IMG/VR virus record: IMGVR_UViG_3300012983_000037
Span: 35,870 to 99,869 of that record
From: a virus
Lineage: Duplodnaviria; Caudoviricetes
Reading direction: 5' to 3' (one strand)
DNA length: 64,000 bases
Shown: positions 43,492 to 53,263 of the stretch, in pieces
Layout of the letters: each line of letters opens with the position of its first letter
Numbering within the stretch: position 1 is the first letter of the stretch
Position numbers and translations under genes: made by a program
The notes under the pieces: model-generated
What the model was told of the DNA's origin: nothing
The model's database searches: none
Seen by the model: only the letters and a program-made list of their open reading frames with translations

Positions 43492-44169
43492 TTATTTCAT
43501 CCAATCACCATACATCTCATCAATGTCACTGCTGGTATAACCACTGTGGGTAACCTTAGGAGCCTCCTCACCATTAGCAATAGCTACAAATCCATTATAA
43601 TGCTCTTCTGTAAGGAATCCTGCCTCAGTAAGTTCCTTTGCATATGCAAGAGTTGCATCTACAATACCCTGACAGTTACATGATGTTGCAGGTGTCTCAA
43701 CTACCTCAACCTCTACCTTAGTAGTCTTCTTAGTGACCTTCTTAGTAGGAGTATTATCTGCTATAAGCTGAATGAGGTTATCAGTTGAACACTGAGTAAA
43801 GTTTCTTCCAAACTTAGCAACACATGTTGACTGAAGACCAAGTCTCTTAATCTCAGCATAAGCCTCTGCTCTACTCATAGCACCTGACTTAATGTTCTTG
43901 TTAGGAGTAGTAAGGAAGAATACCAAGTTATTAGTAGTCTCACCTGTTGCTACACCATTTCTCTTTACAGGAACATTAGTTGGAAGGATAGAAGAATCGT
44001 CCTTAAGCTCAACCTTAGTTGAACCCTCCATAAATGTCATTCCTGAATAGTCAATGCCCTTCTCGTTAAGCTCTGCCTTAAGGTCTGCAAGTGTTACTGC
44101 ATTTGATTCAAGGTCTGTTCTTGACTGTGTTCTAGTGTTTACAACACTAACTCTAAATGTCTCTTTCAT
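43492..44169 (-). CDS. Putative ubiquitin-like (beta-grasp) precursor with C-terminal extension
   Basis: First ~96 aa show a beta-beta-alpha (TLADLKAEL)-beta pattern ending LVFFLTTPNKNIKSG; first gene of E2/JAB/E1 cluster. Confidence 0.55.
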   Translation of the reverse strand: MKETFRVSVVNTRTQSRTDLESNAVTLADLKAELNEKGIDYSGMTFMEGSTKVELKDDSSILPTNVPVKRNGVATGETTNNLVFFLTTPNKNIKSGAMSRAEAYAEIKRLGLQSTCVAKFGRNFTQCSTDNLIQLIADNTPTKKVTKKTTKVEVEVVETPATSCNCQGIVDATLAYAKELTEAGFLTEEHYNGFVAIANGEEAPKVTHSGYTSSDIDEMYGDWMK

Positions 44170-44192
44170 AATTGTTTATTTTTTATTAGTTA

Positions 44193-45218
44193 TTAAAAAG
44201 GAAGATCCCAAAAAGAATCTTCCACCAGTTTTAAAATTACTTCATTTACTTTTTGTCTACCATACTTCTTACATAAATCTGAAGGGTCTTTGGCTTCATA
44301 TTCAGAAGGTATCTCTATCTGAGTCAAATAAAACCTTTCTGATATAATCTTACCAAATTCTCTTCCATTATTTACTTCTGATTGGTAGTCATTGTCATAT
44401 AATACATAGATTTGTTCAAACCTATTTTTTAATTCTCTTATGACTTGTTCCTTAGGGAAATATCCCTCACCTTGTAGACTTATTGCTGGTATACCAGTGT
44501 TTTCCCAGACACATAAAGCATCTTTTCTAGATGATGTTATTATTAGTTTATTCCCTCTTTCAGGTAGTTGTGTCCATAAATCCCATACTGAAGAATTATG
44601 CTTACTAATCCACTTAGTAGTTTCACTAAATGGTTGGTATATTTTAAAAGTAGGAACTCCATCTTTCCTTTCAATATATACATAAGCATACTTATCAGCA
44701 GGACAATCTTTAGTGATTCCATCTTTAGTATAGAATATTCTAGATATAGGATGGATATCACCAAACTCTAACCAAGGTAAGGATATTCCATAAGTTTCCC
44801 AAAATTCTATATCATAGTCTTTCCACTCTCTAAACTTTACTTGAATAGAGGTGGAAGACTTATGATATACAACTTTGCTTGTGTCTATTTGACACTTTCT
44901 GATTTCAGCACCATTATGCATTAGATTGTCAAAGTCTTTGACAATAGTATCAATGCACTTTTGAAAATTACATCCCCAAGTTTTCATTAGTAAATCAAAT
45001 ATTCCTCCAGACTCTTTAGTCCCAAAATCGGTGAATTGTATCTTATTATTTCTATTAAGATATATTCCCACTGAAGGCTTTGAGTCTTGTCTGTATGGGG
45101 CATTGATTACACAAGGTATTTGTGTTATACCAAAATAATAATTGAGAATCTTTTCTTCTGGTACTTTCTTTAACAAGTCATCAAGACTACAATCGCTGAA
45201 ACCAGAACTAAAAGCCAT
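44193..45218 (-). CDS. DNA primase (DnaG-like, TOPRIM)
   Basis: APYRQDSKPS, DFG...GGIFD, ITSSRKDA, LYDND, AKDPSD. Confidence 0.82.
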   Translation of the reverse strand: MAFSSGFSDCSLDDLLKKVPEEKILNYYFGITQIPCVINAPYRQDSKPSVGIYLNRNNKIQFTDFGTKESGGIFDLLMKTWGCNFQKCIDTIVKDFDNLMHNGAEIRKCQIDTSKVVYHKSSTSIQVKFREWKDYDIEFWETYGISLPWLEFGDIHPISRIFYTKDGITKDCPADKYAYVYIERKDGVPTFKIYQPFSETTKWISKHNSSVWDLWTQLPERGNKLIITSSRKDALCVWENTGIPAISLQGEGYFPKEQVIRELKNRFEQIYVLYDNDYQSEVNNGREFGKIISERFYLTQIEIPSEYEAKDPSDLCKKYGRQKVNEVILKLVEDSFWDLPF

Positions 45219-45220
45219 AA

Positions 45221-46117
45221 TTACTTCTTAAACCAAGGATTTGGAGCTGCTGTACCTGTTGTATGAGCTGAAGCTGCAGGAATCTCACTTGGAGTATTCT
45301 CATACTCATGAAGTTCTGCTACTTCAAAATCAGTAGTACCATAAGCACCAGCATTCTTTCTATCTGCAAGTCTAGCAGAAAGCTTAGAATAATCTGAGAT
45401 GCTATTCTTAAGAGTCATCTCTGTGAAGAATGCCTGATACTGCTTATTATCATCAGTAGTTCTCACACCAAGCATAACCTTAAACTTATTGTTAGGCTGA
45501 TATGTAGCAATCTCCTTAAGCTCAGAGAAGTCTCCCTTAAAATAATCCTCAATGCACTGAAGTCTTGCCTCAGCATCTGAAGGATTATCAATAAGACCAA
45601 CTACCTGACGATCCTTCCACTTCTCTACTGAAGGGATATTAAGATAGTTCTTCAAGAAAAGTGTAAGTGCCTCCTCACCATCATAAAGTGGACGATAGTC
45701 TGCATCAATATTAAGTGGAAGACCTGTCTTCTCTGATGTAGGAATCTCATGGTTAGCCAACTGCTGCTGAGTAACCCACTGAGTTCTACCATAGATATCA
45801 ATTACCTGAATCTTACCAGAATTAGTACCTACTACATTTCTCTTAGTGATAAAGAAAGGCATAATAAATGTCTTCTCAATACCACCACAATCCTTTGGTT
45901 CTGTAGTAATAACTACATCAATTCTTACCTGAGGATACTTTACACCATTCACATCTCTCTCACCAAGATATGAAGGCTCCTCATCTCTCTCAGAACCAAA
46001 TACTTCACCAAGCTCCTTCTTATTAAGGTTAATACCCTTTACATAGAATGAGCCAATACCTGTATATAATTTTCTTACACCAGCCTCTGTAGACTGATTA
46101 CCTTTTCCAAATGCCAT
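45221..46117 (-). CDS. Putative ssDNA-binding/replication protein
   Basis: 298 aa between AAA ATPase and primase; flexible tail ending NPWFKK; function inferred from context. Confidence 0.45.
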   Translation of the reverse strand: MAFGKGNQSTEAGVRKLYTGIGSFYVKGINLNKKELGEVFGSERDEEPSYLGERDVNGVKYPQVRIDVVITTEPKDCGGIEKTFIMPFFITKRNVVGTNSGKIQVIDIYGRTQWVTQQQLANHEIPTSEKTGLPLNIDADYRPLYDGEEALTLFLKNYLNIPSVEKWKDRQVVGLIDNPSDAEARLQCIEDYFKGDFSELKEIATYQPNNKFKVMLGVRTTDDNKQYQAFFTEMTLKNSISDYSKLSARLADRKNAGAYGTTDFEVAELHEYENTPSEIPAASAHTTGTAAPNPWFKK

Positions 46118-46119
46118 AA

Positions 46120-46539
46120 TTACTCCTCCTCTGTTGTTTCTGGTTCAACATATGGTGTGTTAAATGCCTCTGCAGGACATGCTGGACACTCCTCAATGCA
46201 TGCTGCACAAGGCTGATACTCAGGAATCTCATAAGTATTCTCCTCCTCATTGAATGTTACAAGAGGTGAAGGAAGCCACTTAGTTACCTTAGTAGGTACA
46301 CCCTTTGCATCTACCTTTCCTGTAGGCTCAATTACCCTTACAACAAGGTCTGTACTTGAATAGCCAGTCATTCTACGAACTGCACCATCCCACTCAGCAA
46401 TACTTGCATCTACTTCAGCAAGTTCTTCCTGAAGAATCATAATCTGCTCAATGAGCTTTGCTCTCTTAGCCACACTTGGCTGTACGATCTGGGCTGTCTT
46501 CTTAATAGTTGCCCACTTTCTAGTTGATAATTTAATCAT
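46120..46539 (-). CDS. Hypothetical coiled-coil protein
   Basis: 139 aa, acidic Cys-containing tail. Confidence 0.6.
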   Translation of the reverse strand: MIKLSTRKWATIKKTAQIVQPSVAKRAKLIEQIMILQEELAEVDASIAEWDGAVRRMTGYSSTDLVVRVIEPTGKVDAKGVPTKVTKWLPSPLVTFNEEENTYEIPEYQPCAACIEECPACPAEAFNTPYVEPETTEEE

Positions 46540-46563
46540 TTGTTTTGTTTGTTAAAAAGTTAA

Positions 46564-47274
46564 TTATTCATAATATGCCTTTACAGCATCTACAATATAT
46601 CCCAAATCATTAGGAACATAAAGGTCAAGCATTCCTACTGGAGACTTTGCTGGATACACTCCATCATCATTTGTTACAAATTCTCTAATAGATTTCTTCT
46701 CTTTGTTGTCATAGGTAGCCTTACCATAAAGGACAATTTCAAACTTTCCTTCTGGTGTAATATACTGATCTACCATGTTACCTGTACTCTTATACCTATA
46801 AGATATAGAGTCTCCATTCTTATCCTTATACTCTTCAAAGTGTGCTAAGCATATAATAGTCTTATTCTCTGGTACTGAATTGATAGCATCAAAGATAAGA
46901 CCCATGCCATAACCAATCTTCTTAGGGGTATCCCAACCACCTTTAAGAGCATTCTTCATATAGTAATCCTGTGAAATATAGTTCATATCATCAAGAACTA
47001 TTGTTTCAAAAGGACTATCAGGATGACCAACCATAGTAATAAGGTTAGCAACCTGTTCAGCATCATTTGTAACAACCCTATTTCCCGCTGTTGGGTTTTC
47101 ATAAGTAGTCATTACAAACTTCTTATTAGCACCTCTAAATGGAAGAGGCTTATTAACTGCACTAATAAGATAAGTAGTAGAAGGGTCCAAACCCTTGATT
47201 CCTAATTCAGGAATCTCTCCAATTGAAGTAGACTTTCCAAATCCACTCTTAGCTAATACTAAAATCTTTGCCAT
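46564..47274 (-). CDS. AAA_24/Sak4-like P-loop ATPase
   Basis: Walker A AKSGFGKST, Walker B IVLDD, AKSPVGM. Confidence 0.8.
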   Translation of the reverse strand: MAKILVLAKSGFGKSTSIGEIPELGIKGLDPSTTYLISAVNKPLPFRGANKKFVMTTYENPTAGNRVVTNDAEQVANLITMVGHPDSPFETIVLDDMNYISQDYYMKNALKGGWDTPKKIGYGMGLIFDAINSVPENKTIICLAHFEEYKDKNGDSISYRYKSTGNMVDQYITPEGKFEIVLYGKATYDNKEKKSIREFVTNDDGVYPAKSPVGMLDLYVPNDLGYIVDAVKAYYE

Positions 47275-47282
47275 TGTTTTGT

Positions 47283-48392
47283 TTAGGAATATTTAATTCT
47301 TTCTAAATCTTCGATATGTCTATAAACAGCAGATAAACCTTGATAGTCTTCTGGTAAAGGTAGTTCACAAAAGAAAGATGAAGCACCATTAAAGAATAAA
47401 GGACAAACATTTCCTGCTGCACCATAGTCTCTATCTTCAATAATAGTAAGAAATCTTATGTAGTTACCAAATTTAGTTAAATCATAGCCTTCATATTTAT
47501 CCCTATCAAATTTATAAGGATGAAATAGTCCAATCATCTGATTTATATCTCTACTTGTTAACTTACAATCTCCTAGGCCATCAGCCGTAGGCTCTAGTCT
47601 ATTCATTTTAAGATTCTCTATACCCTCTTGAGATTGAGCTTGATGCTGTACTAATACTAAAGTAAAGTTAAAAGTATCTCTTAACTCTCTTAAGTACTTA
47701 GACATCTTTTCAATGTTCTCATTCTTCTTATAGTTACTTTCTAAAGATAGATTCGTAGCATTATCTACAATACCAATCACATATTCTTCTGGATCATCAG
47801 GAGTATATGGATTTAATGGGTCATGTCTATTTGCTTTAGTTCCATCTGTTTTAGTGAATTCTTGCCAATTATAATGACCTCTCTTCTCCCCAATATCTCT
47901 AAGATATTTATAGATACCTGTAGGATTTGAGATATCACTAATGAAAGTAACACACTCTTCAAACTTTCTTATGTAAACTTGATACCTTTCTGTTTTAAGA
48001 AGTTCCAAATAGTCTAGGTTCACAGGTTTTTCATTGTTAGTACTTCTTAAATCAGCAGTATTAATTACTATACCATCTAATCTATATAACAAATAAGATA
48101 AGAAATCATAATATTCTATTTTAGGAGCCATCTCTAAAGTAAAATAGTAAATCTTAATTTTTATGTTAGGATTATCTACCATAAAGAATATAGGCTCATA
48201 AACATATAAATTATTTGTTAACTTAGTCTTACCAATTTTTTGATTAGCCGTTACAATAATATATTTACCTTGTTCAGTTCCAGGAAATAACTGTCTAAAT
48301 CTGCTGTAAGGTAGTGGAATACAATTATATCCACCACCTATTATGACATCTCTTCTAGATTCAGCATCTTTAATAATGTTATCAAATTCCAT
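47283..48392 (-). CDS. DnaB-like (SF4) replicative helicase
   Basis: ANQKIGKT, FTLEM, IVDN, VQHQ, LGDCKLTSRD. Confidence 0.8.
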   Translation of the reverse strand: MEFDNIIKDAESRRDVIIGGGYNCIPLPYSRFRQLFPGTEQGKYIIVTANQKIGKTKLTNNLYVYEPIFFMVDNPNIKIKIYYFTLEMAPKIEYYDFLSYLLYRLDGIVINTADLRSTNNEKPVNLDYLELLKTERYQVYIRKFEECVTFISDISNPTGIYKYLRDIGEKRGHYNWQEFTKTDGTKANRHDPLNPYTPDDPEEYVIGIVDNATNLSLESNYKKNENIEKMSKYLRELRDTFNFTLVLVQHQAQSQEGIENLKMNRLEPTADGLGDCKLTSRDINQMIGLFHPYKFDRDKYEGYDLTKFGNYIRFLTIIEDRDYGAAGNVCPLFFNGASSFFCELPLPEDYQGLSAVYRHIEDLERIKYS

Positions 48393-48393
48393 A

Positions 48394-49005
48394 CTAAATC
48401 AATCTAGTTCTACTAGACAATTCCCTTTCAGGATTATCTAGGAAGTTTGCTAGCTCAGAAACATCTTCAAGTTGTCTGACTACATTACCATCATCATCAA
48501 GACGGCTCTTTGTTTCAGACTTAAATATAAAGTACTTAAGAATTCTCATATATGTATAATTACCATTAAAGGAATCTACATACTTCTTAGTGGCACTTAA
48601 TATCTGCTCATCTGTATAGTCTCCATACAACCTGAAGAACTTCTGCATTCTAAGTTTAAGCTCTCTTATATTACCTCTCCAAGCAGAACTTCCAACCTTC
48701 ATTCCAGTAGGGAATAATTCCCTCATCTGCTTTACAAGATTCTCAATTCTGTCTGCTTTAGGTAATGATTTTTCAGCATCAAGTAATACTGCACTCACCT
48801 CATCATCCCATCTCTGAGTAACTTGATAAACAGAATAAGGATCACTAGGGTTACCCAAAGTAATCAACTTTTCTTCTGATACTAACTTATCAATAGTATC
48901 TTGACTATTACCAGTTTCTGAAAATTTAATAAGGAGTATGCCTAAAACTTCTGACAAAGATAGGTTATGCTTATCACAAGCCTCACTATCTATTGTAAAT
49001 CTCAT
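48394..49005 (-). CDS. Putative replication initiator/helicase loader
   Basis: 203 aa, directly upstream of helicase; function inferred from context. Confidence 0.4.
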   Translation of the reverse strand: MRFTIDSEACDKHNLSLSEVLGILLIKFSETGNSQDTIDKLVSEEKLITLGNPSDPYSVYQVTQRWDDEVSAVLLDAEKSLPKADRIENLVKQMRELFPTGMKVGSSAWRGNIRELKLRMQKFFRLYGDYTDEQILSATKKYVDSFNGNYTYMRILKYFIFKSETKSRLDDDGNVVRQLEDVSELANFLDNPERELSSRTRLI

Positions 49006-50201
49006 ATTTCTTTTATATACTCTTTATCAATTCCCTCTAATACTTTCTCTAAATACTCTTCGTCTCTAGTATACTTGTAGTAGAATATATATTGAATAGG
49101 GTCTTCAGCTCTCATTGAACGCCCAAATTTTTGTATAAATGATCTCTCATTTCCATCAAGCTGAATAATTACACCTACTTCAATACCATTGAGATTCTGA
49201 CCTTCTTGCAGCATTCCAACAGCAAATAGCTTATCAGTTTTACCTTCATTGAAGTTATCAATAATCTCTTTATTGTTAGCCTTCTTTGAATGTATTGCAT
49301 TACTTCCTCCCAAAAGTTCTGCCTGCTCTATATTAGTACAGAAGCATATATACTTCTTACCTTCAAGAGAGTCAAGGAGTCTTTTAGCCTCTATAGTTTT
49401 GAGTTCTCCTAAGAATGCTTTTCTAATAGAGCCATACTGTAACCATTTGTTTTTAAATGCTGGATTTCTAGTTGCAAAGAACCTTTTCTGCCAATAATCT
49501 ATCTGCTCACATAAATACTTATACTTATGATAAGCAGAACATCTGATTCTCAATGTAACATTAGGATATTTAGTCTTCTTAAATTTCATAATAGACCATC
49601 TATTATCCCAATCACATTCCATAACAACTCGTTTATCCTTCTTTCCCCACTCTTCTATAATTACCTGATTCTTTACAGTATAATCTAAGAACAGTGGTTT
49701 AAGGAATATCTTAGGTTGAGGAAGCAAATTGTTAGCAATAGCATCCTGAATACTTACTATTGAAAACTTAAACTTTCCAAAGGTAGTTTCTAATACATTA
49801 AGAATGTCCCAATCATCAAAAGTAGCAGAGAGTGCTAATACTCTTTCAGCTTTAAGAGTTCTAAGAATATCTAGCCTAATATCTGATCCAAGATGATGTG
49901 CTTCATCAAAGATAATCATATCCCAATAAGTATCTTTGTAATTCTTGAGTGAAGCATAGCATTCAATTACTACATTAGTAAGTAAGTGTGATGCTTCTGC
50001 TTTAATAAACTCATTCTTCCAATTATCCTTATGGGCTGATTCTGCTACAACGATTAATGTTCTTTCTGGTTTAATTTTACTTACAGCTTTTACTGAAGTA
50101 TAACCTTTACCAACTCCAGTTGCCCACTGAAGTATTAACCTTTTATCTACTACAAGAGCATCTATTGCTTTAGATTGTAGAATTTCTTTAGAATTTTTCA
50201 T
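49002..50201 (-). CDS. Superfamily 2 (DEAH) helicase
   Basis: WATGVGKG, FDEAHH, LSAT, LQEGQN, QKFGRSMR. Confidence 0.88.
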   Translation of the reverse strand: MKNSKEILQSKAIDALVVDKRLILQWATGVGKGYTSVKAVSKIKPERTLIVVAESAHKDNWKNEFIKAEASHLLTNVVIECYASLKNYKDTYWDMIIFDEAHHLGSDIRLDILRTLKAERVLALSATFDDWDILNVLETTFGKFKFSIVSIQDAIANNLLPQPKIFLKPLFLDYTVKNQVIIEEWGKKDKRVVMECDWDNRWSIMKFKKTKYPNVTLRIRCSAYHKYKYLCEQIDYWQKRFFATRNPAFKNKWLQYGSIRKAFLGELKTIEAKRLLDSLEGKKYICFCTNIEQAELLGGSNAIHSKKANNKEIIDNFNEGKTDKLFAVGMLQEGQNLNGIEVGVIIQLDGNERSFIQKFGRSMRAEDPIQYIFYYKYTRDEEYLEKVLEGIDKEYIKEI

Positions 50202-50279
50202 TATGTTAAAGTGAGATTGTTGTTATTATCGTTACTTGAGTAAATTATGATGCAAAATAGTAGAAGAGCGATAAATAGA

Positions 50280-50672
50280 CTAATAGGGAATTCTCCAATC
50301 ATTACACTCATCATCATCAAGAACTACATATGAGAAGTCTATAGCTCCATGATGCTTTGCTAATTCAGCTAGATGCCAATCTAGCCTTTGTTCTTTACTT
50401 AGTCTAGGCCAGTCTTTCTTAAAATACTTCTCTGGCTTTACAGCGGAGGTCATATAAAGATAAGCCTCTTTGCAAAGATTAATATGCTTCTTAGCCTCTA
50501 CCATTTCATATACAGGTAACTTAATCATTCTAATGATTCTGTTACCAATATTTTCAGGTAGCTTCTTTGAATGCACATCTTGCAAAGTAAGCTTCACTTT
50601 TCTATAACCAACACTCTTCATAGTACTTCCTGGAAGTACCATGGTCAATGAAATTTTATTTGATATTTCCAT
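50280..50672 (-). CDS. Hypothetical protein
   Basis: 130 aa ORF. Confidence 0.6.
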   Translation of the reverse strand: MEISNKISLTMVLPGSTMKSVGYRKVKLTLQDVHSKKLPENIGNRIIRMIKLPVYEMVEAKKHINLCKEAYLYMTSAVKPEKYFKKDWPRLSKEQRLDWHLAELAKHHGAIDFSYVVLDDDECNDWRIPY

Positions 50673-50698
50673 ACTTTTTGGTTTAAAAGTGTTATTAG

Positions 50699-50769
50699 TT
50701 ACTCACTGAGGATTCGAACCTCAACTAAAAGAACCAAAATCTCTTGTGCTGCCATTACACCAGTGAGCA
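50699..50769 (-). tRNA. tRNA-Gln(UUG)
   Basis: TGCTCAC/GTGAGTA acceptor, AGAGA-TTTTGGT-TCTTT anticodon arm, TGAGG-TTCGAAT-CCTCA T arm. Confidence 0.9.
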
Positions 50770-50775
50770 ATTCCA

Positions 50776-50961
50776 TTAATATTTGTCTATATTATCTTTT
50801 AGCCACAAGATACCATCCATAAATCCTACGAGGTATGAGTTCTCATCGTAATTTACTTCAGTTCCACTATACTCATCGTATTCCTTTTTTGCAGCTTCAC
50901 AAATATCTACATAATCAATATGTAATTCATTACTGTATTCAATTAATTCATGTAAATCCAT
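50776..50961 (-). CDS. Hypothetical protein
   Basis: 61 aa, GFMDGILW motif common in small phage proteins. Confidence 0.6.
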   Translation of the reverse strand: MDLHELIEYSNELHIDYVDICEAAKKEYDEYSGTEVNYDENSYLVGFMDGILWLKDNIDKY

Positions 50962-50962
50962 A

Positions 50963-51340
50963 CTATTTCTTATTTAACATTTCTACACAATACTCTGCAA
51001 ATGCATCTTGAATCTCTGCTGCCTTATCTGTAGGTAAGTTATATCCACCTACACCAGTAAGCATACCCCAACCTCTAATCATAGCAATTTTACATTCTTC
51101 TCCATTTTCAAATTTAGCTATAATTATACCATCTTTATGAATATAAGTTATATCTTTTTTAGGTACATTGGATTCAAGACCGTTTATTTTATCAAGATGG
51201 CTTTGTTTCACATCATCATATTTTTCACCCCAAGGAAACAGCCAATCAAAAGCCATATTATTTTCTTGAGTGAAGACTTTCCCTGTAAAATGTTCCTGCA
51301 TCTTTAATGGGAATTTGAAGTATTTCTTAAATTCTTCCAT
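50963..51340 (-). CDS. Hypothetical protein
   Basis: 125 aa, IRGWGMLTGVGG motif. Confidence 0.65.
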   Translation of the reverse strand: MEEFKKYFKFPLKMQEHFTGKVFTQENNMAFDWLFPWGEKYDDVKQSHLDKINGLESNVPKKDITYIHKDGIIIAKFENGEECKIAMIRGWGMLTGVGGYNLPTDKAAEIQDAFAEYCVEMLNKK

Positions 51341-51534
51341 AATTCAAAGTTTTTATCAAAATCATCAATAGTTCTAACAAATAATGTTGGTTGACCAGTA
51401 TTTTTATCTATACCTTTATAGATAATACCTTGTTCCCAACTATCATTTACTTTAAGCATACACCTACTAAATACAGTATACTTTTTACCTGATTTAATAT
51501 GAGTTACTATTTTTCTTTTGTTAAATATCCTCAT
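51304..51534 (-). CDS. DUF1653-like small protein
   Basis: HIKSGKKYTV...IIYK...LFVRTIDDF. Confidence 0.6.
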   Translation of the reverse strand: MRIFNKRKIVTHIKSGKKYTVFSRCMLKVNDSWEQGIIYKGIDKNTGQPTLFVRTIDDFDKNFELWKNLRNTSNSH

Positions 51535-51854
51535 ACTTCTATATTCTTTAAGTATTCATCAACCTCAGTCTCGGCTTCTCTTTGTTCAACAAAAAGCATA
51601 TCAACAAAGTCCATACTTTCTTCTCCCGTGAGCATTTCCGTTCTACTTTGTGCGTTTCTCATCCTCTTGACTAGAGTAAATCCATCGGTCACTTCCTTAA
51701 CCTTGATTCTATCGTAGTCCCCATCCATAATGTTTTCTCCAAAGTAGCTCTCCATAGAGTGTTCAATACATTCTTGTGCTACCTCCATTATTTCCTCAGA
51801 AGGGACTATATCACAATCGGGATACTCAACTTGTATTACAAAGGTCTTTTTCAT
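51531..51854 (-). CDS. Hypothetical acidic protein
   Basis: 107 aa ORF. Confidence 0.6.
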   Translation of the reverse strand: MKKTFVIQVEYPDCDIVPSEEIMEVAQECIEHSMESYFGENIMDGDYDRIKVKEVTDGFTLVKRMRNAQSRTEMLTGEESMDFVDMLFVEQREAETEVDEYLKNIEV

Positions 51855-51855
51855 A

Positions 51856-52071
51856 TTACTTCTCCTTCTTAGTTTCCAATATTCTAATTAGTAAAAGTTT
51901 AATACAATGTCCTAATCCATATAGTGTACAAGCTGCTAAAGATATAGGCCAGACTATAGCTACCATTACTACTAATATTGAATCATTATCTTCAAACTCT
52001 ATATTTTCAGTATAAAGTAATATACCACAACATATAGCCGTGCATATAATATAAAGAATTATCCAAATCAT
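51856..52071 (-). CDS. Small membrane protein
   Basis: 71 aa, two hydrophobic helices. Confidence 0.6.
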   Translation of the reverse strand: MIWIILYIICTAICCGILLYTENIEFEDNDSILVVMVAIVWPISLAACTLYGLGHCIKLLLIRILETKKEK

Positions 52072-52077
52072 AATTAT

Positions 52078-52272
52078 TTAATAGTTAAGGTTATTTTTAT
52101 GTGTGTCATCAAAGTAATGTAACATACAGAAAATTACAAATGATGTTATTATACTACTACCAATACAACTATTAAGTATTACTAACAATTTTGATGTTGC
52201 TATAAAAGCAAACACCAAGTTGAGAATTCCTATAAATAGAAACCCCCAATTTTCTTTTATAAACTGTTTCAT
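52078..52272 (-). CDS. Small membrane protein
   Basis: 64 aa, two hydrophobic helices. Confidence 0.6.
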   Translation of the reverse strand: MKQFIKENWGFLFIGILNLVFAFIATSKLLVILNSCIGSSIITSFVIFCMLHYFDDTHKNNLNY

Positions 52273-52296
52273 ATTTAGTTAAAGTTATGTTTTATA

Positions 52297-52461
52297 TTAT
52301 AGATGCATTGAATTTACAAAGTGTACTCTTCCACATTTTTCACATTTAAATTTATGGTAATCAGGACCTGTAAAATCCCATTCAACACCTTCTGCATCCT
52401 CTTTAGTTACTTTAAATTTATAACCACATGAGCATTTAATTTTGTATGTCTTTTCTTTCAT
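52297..52461 (-). CDS. Small zinc-ribbon protein (54 aa, not in ORF track)
   Basis: MKEKTYKIKCSCGYKF...FKCEKCGRVHFVNSMHL with CxC/CxxC pairs. Confidence 0.7.
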   Translation of the reverse strand: MKEKTYKIKCSCGYKFKVTKEDAEGVEWDFTGPDYHKFKCEKCGRVHFVNSMHL

Positions 52462-52472
52462 ACTATAAAAGT

Positions 52473-52709
52473 TTATTGGTAATGAAGTTTTACTTTTCTA
52501 GGAGAATTTTCATAAGTTACTTCTGGATATAATTTAGAATAAATAGCCATAGCACCTATACCACATTTCTCATAGTCATCTGAAGTCCATCCTGAAATCC
52601 TTATTTCGTAAGATGTTCCTTGATTATATACATACTCCTTTTTACGAGGTTCTTGAGTAAACAATGTTAAAGCACCTCGTGAATCTCTTGCTAAATACAA
52701 ATGTTCCAT
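52473..52709 (-). CDS. Hypothetical protein
   Basis: 78 aa, LYLARDSRG...YPEVTYENSPRKV. Confidence 0.65.
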   Translation of the reverse strand: MEHLYLARDSRGALTLFTQEPRKKEYVYNQGTSYEIRISGWTSDDYEKCGIGAMAIYSKLYPEVTYENSPRKVKLHYQ

Positions 52710-52710
52710 A

Positions 52711-53079
52711 TCAATAAAATACTTCTTTTGCTAAATATCCTGCTAAATAAGCAGCACTTTCCATATCACCTATTCCAAGATGCTTTAAGATATGATCTTC
52801 CACATGTCTTTTTTCATGAGCAAGAACCTCTCTTCTCCTATCTTGATTACTCTGTATATATATTACTACTACAAGAGTACAGTCAACCTTTCTATAAAAA
52901 GTACATGCTCCATCACATTCATTTTCAATATTCTCACGGATTTCTTGTTCATCATCCTCATTGATAATTTTTAGTGATTTAAGTTCTTTTATTAACTTAT
53001 CTGTATCTCTTTTATTAGTTACTTCAAACACATTCAATTTATGATTGAAAATTGGTATTTTCACTTTCTTTATTTTCAT
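52711..53079 (-). CDS. Small zincin-like (HExxH) protein
   Basis: LAHEKRH...ESAAYLAGY. Confidence 0.65.
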   Translation of the reverse strand: MKIKKVKIPIFNHKLNVFEVTNKRDTDKLIKELKSLKIINEDDEQEIRENIENECDGACTFYRKVDCTLVVVIYIQSNQDRRREVLAHEKRHVEDHILKHLGIGDMESAAYLAGYLAKEVFY

Positions 53080-53097
53080 AACACTTATATATGGTTT

Positions 53098-53132
53098 AAA
53101 AAAATAGGTATCCCATATTAGGGATACCTATT
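53098..53132 (-). terminator. Intrinsic terminator closing the Ro60/Y-RNA unit
   Basis: AATAGGTATCCC/GGGATACCTATT hairpin followed by a T-run on minus strand, directly 3' of Y-like RNA 4. Confidence 0.85.
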
Positions 53133-53134
53133 GT

Positions 53135-53256
53135 AGTTAAGAATTAAGCAATCAGTATAAAAGTTGCTATAGTGGAACTATAGCGTTGCATGATCTAATT
53201 ATTATTATAAAAGTAAAGGATTTTTTTTTCGATGTAACTGATTGCTGACTTTAACT
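53135..53256 (-). ncRNA. Y-RNA-like RNA 4 (no full tRNA domain)
   Basis: AGTTAA/TTAACT outer stem, AGTC, AGCAATCAG/CTGATTGCT inner stem, TTACATCG motif; starts 8 nt after the Ro60 stop. Confidence 0.72.
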
Positions 53257-53263
53257 TTTGTTT

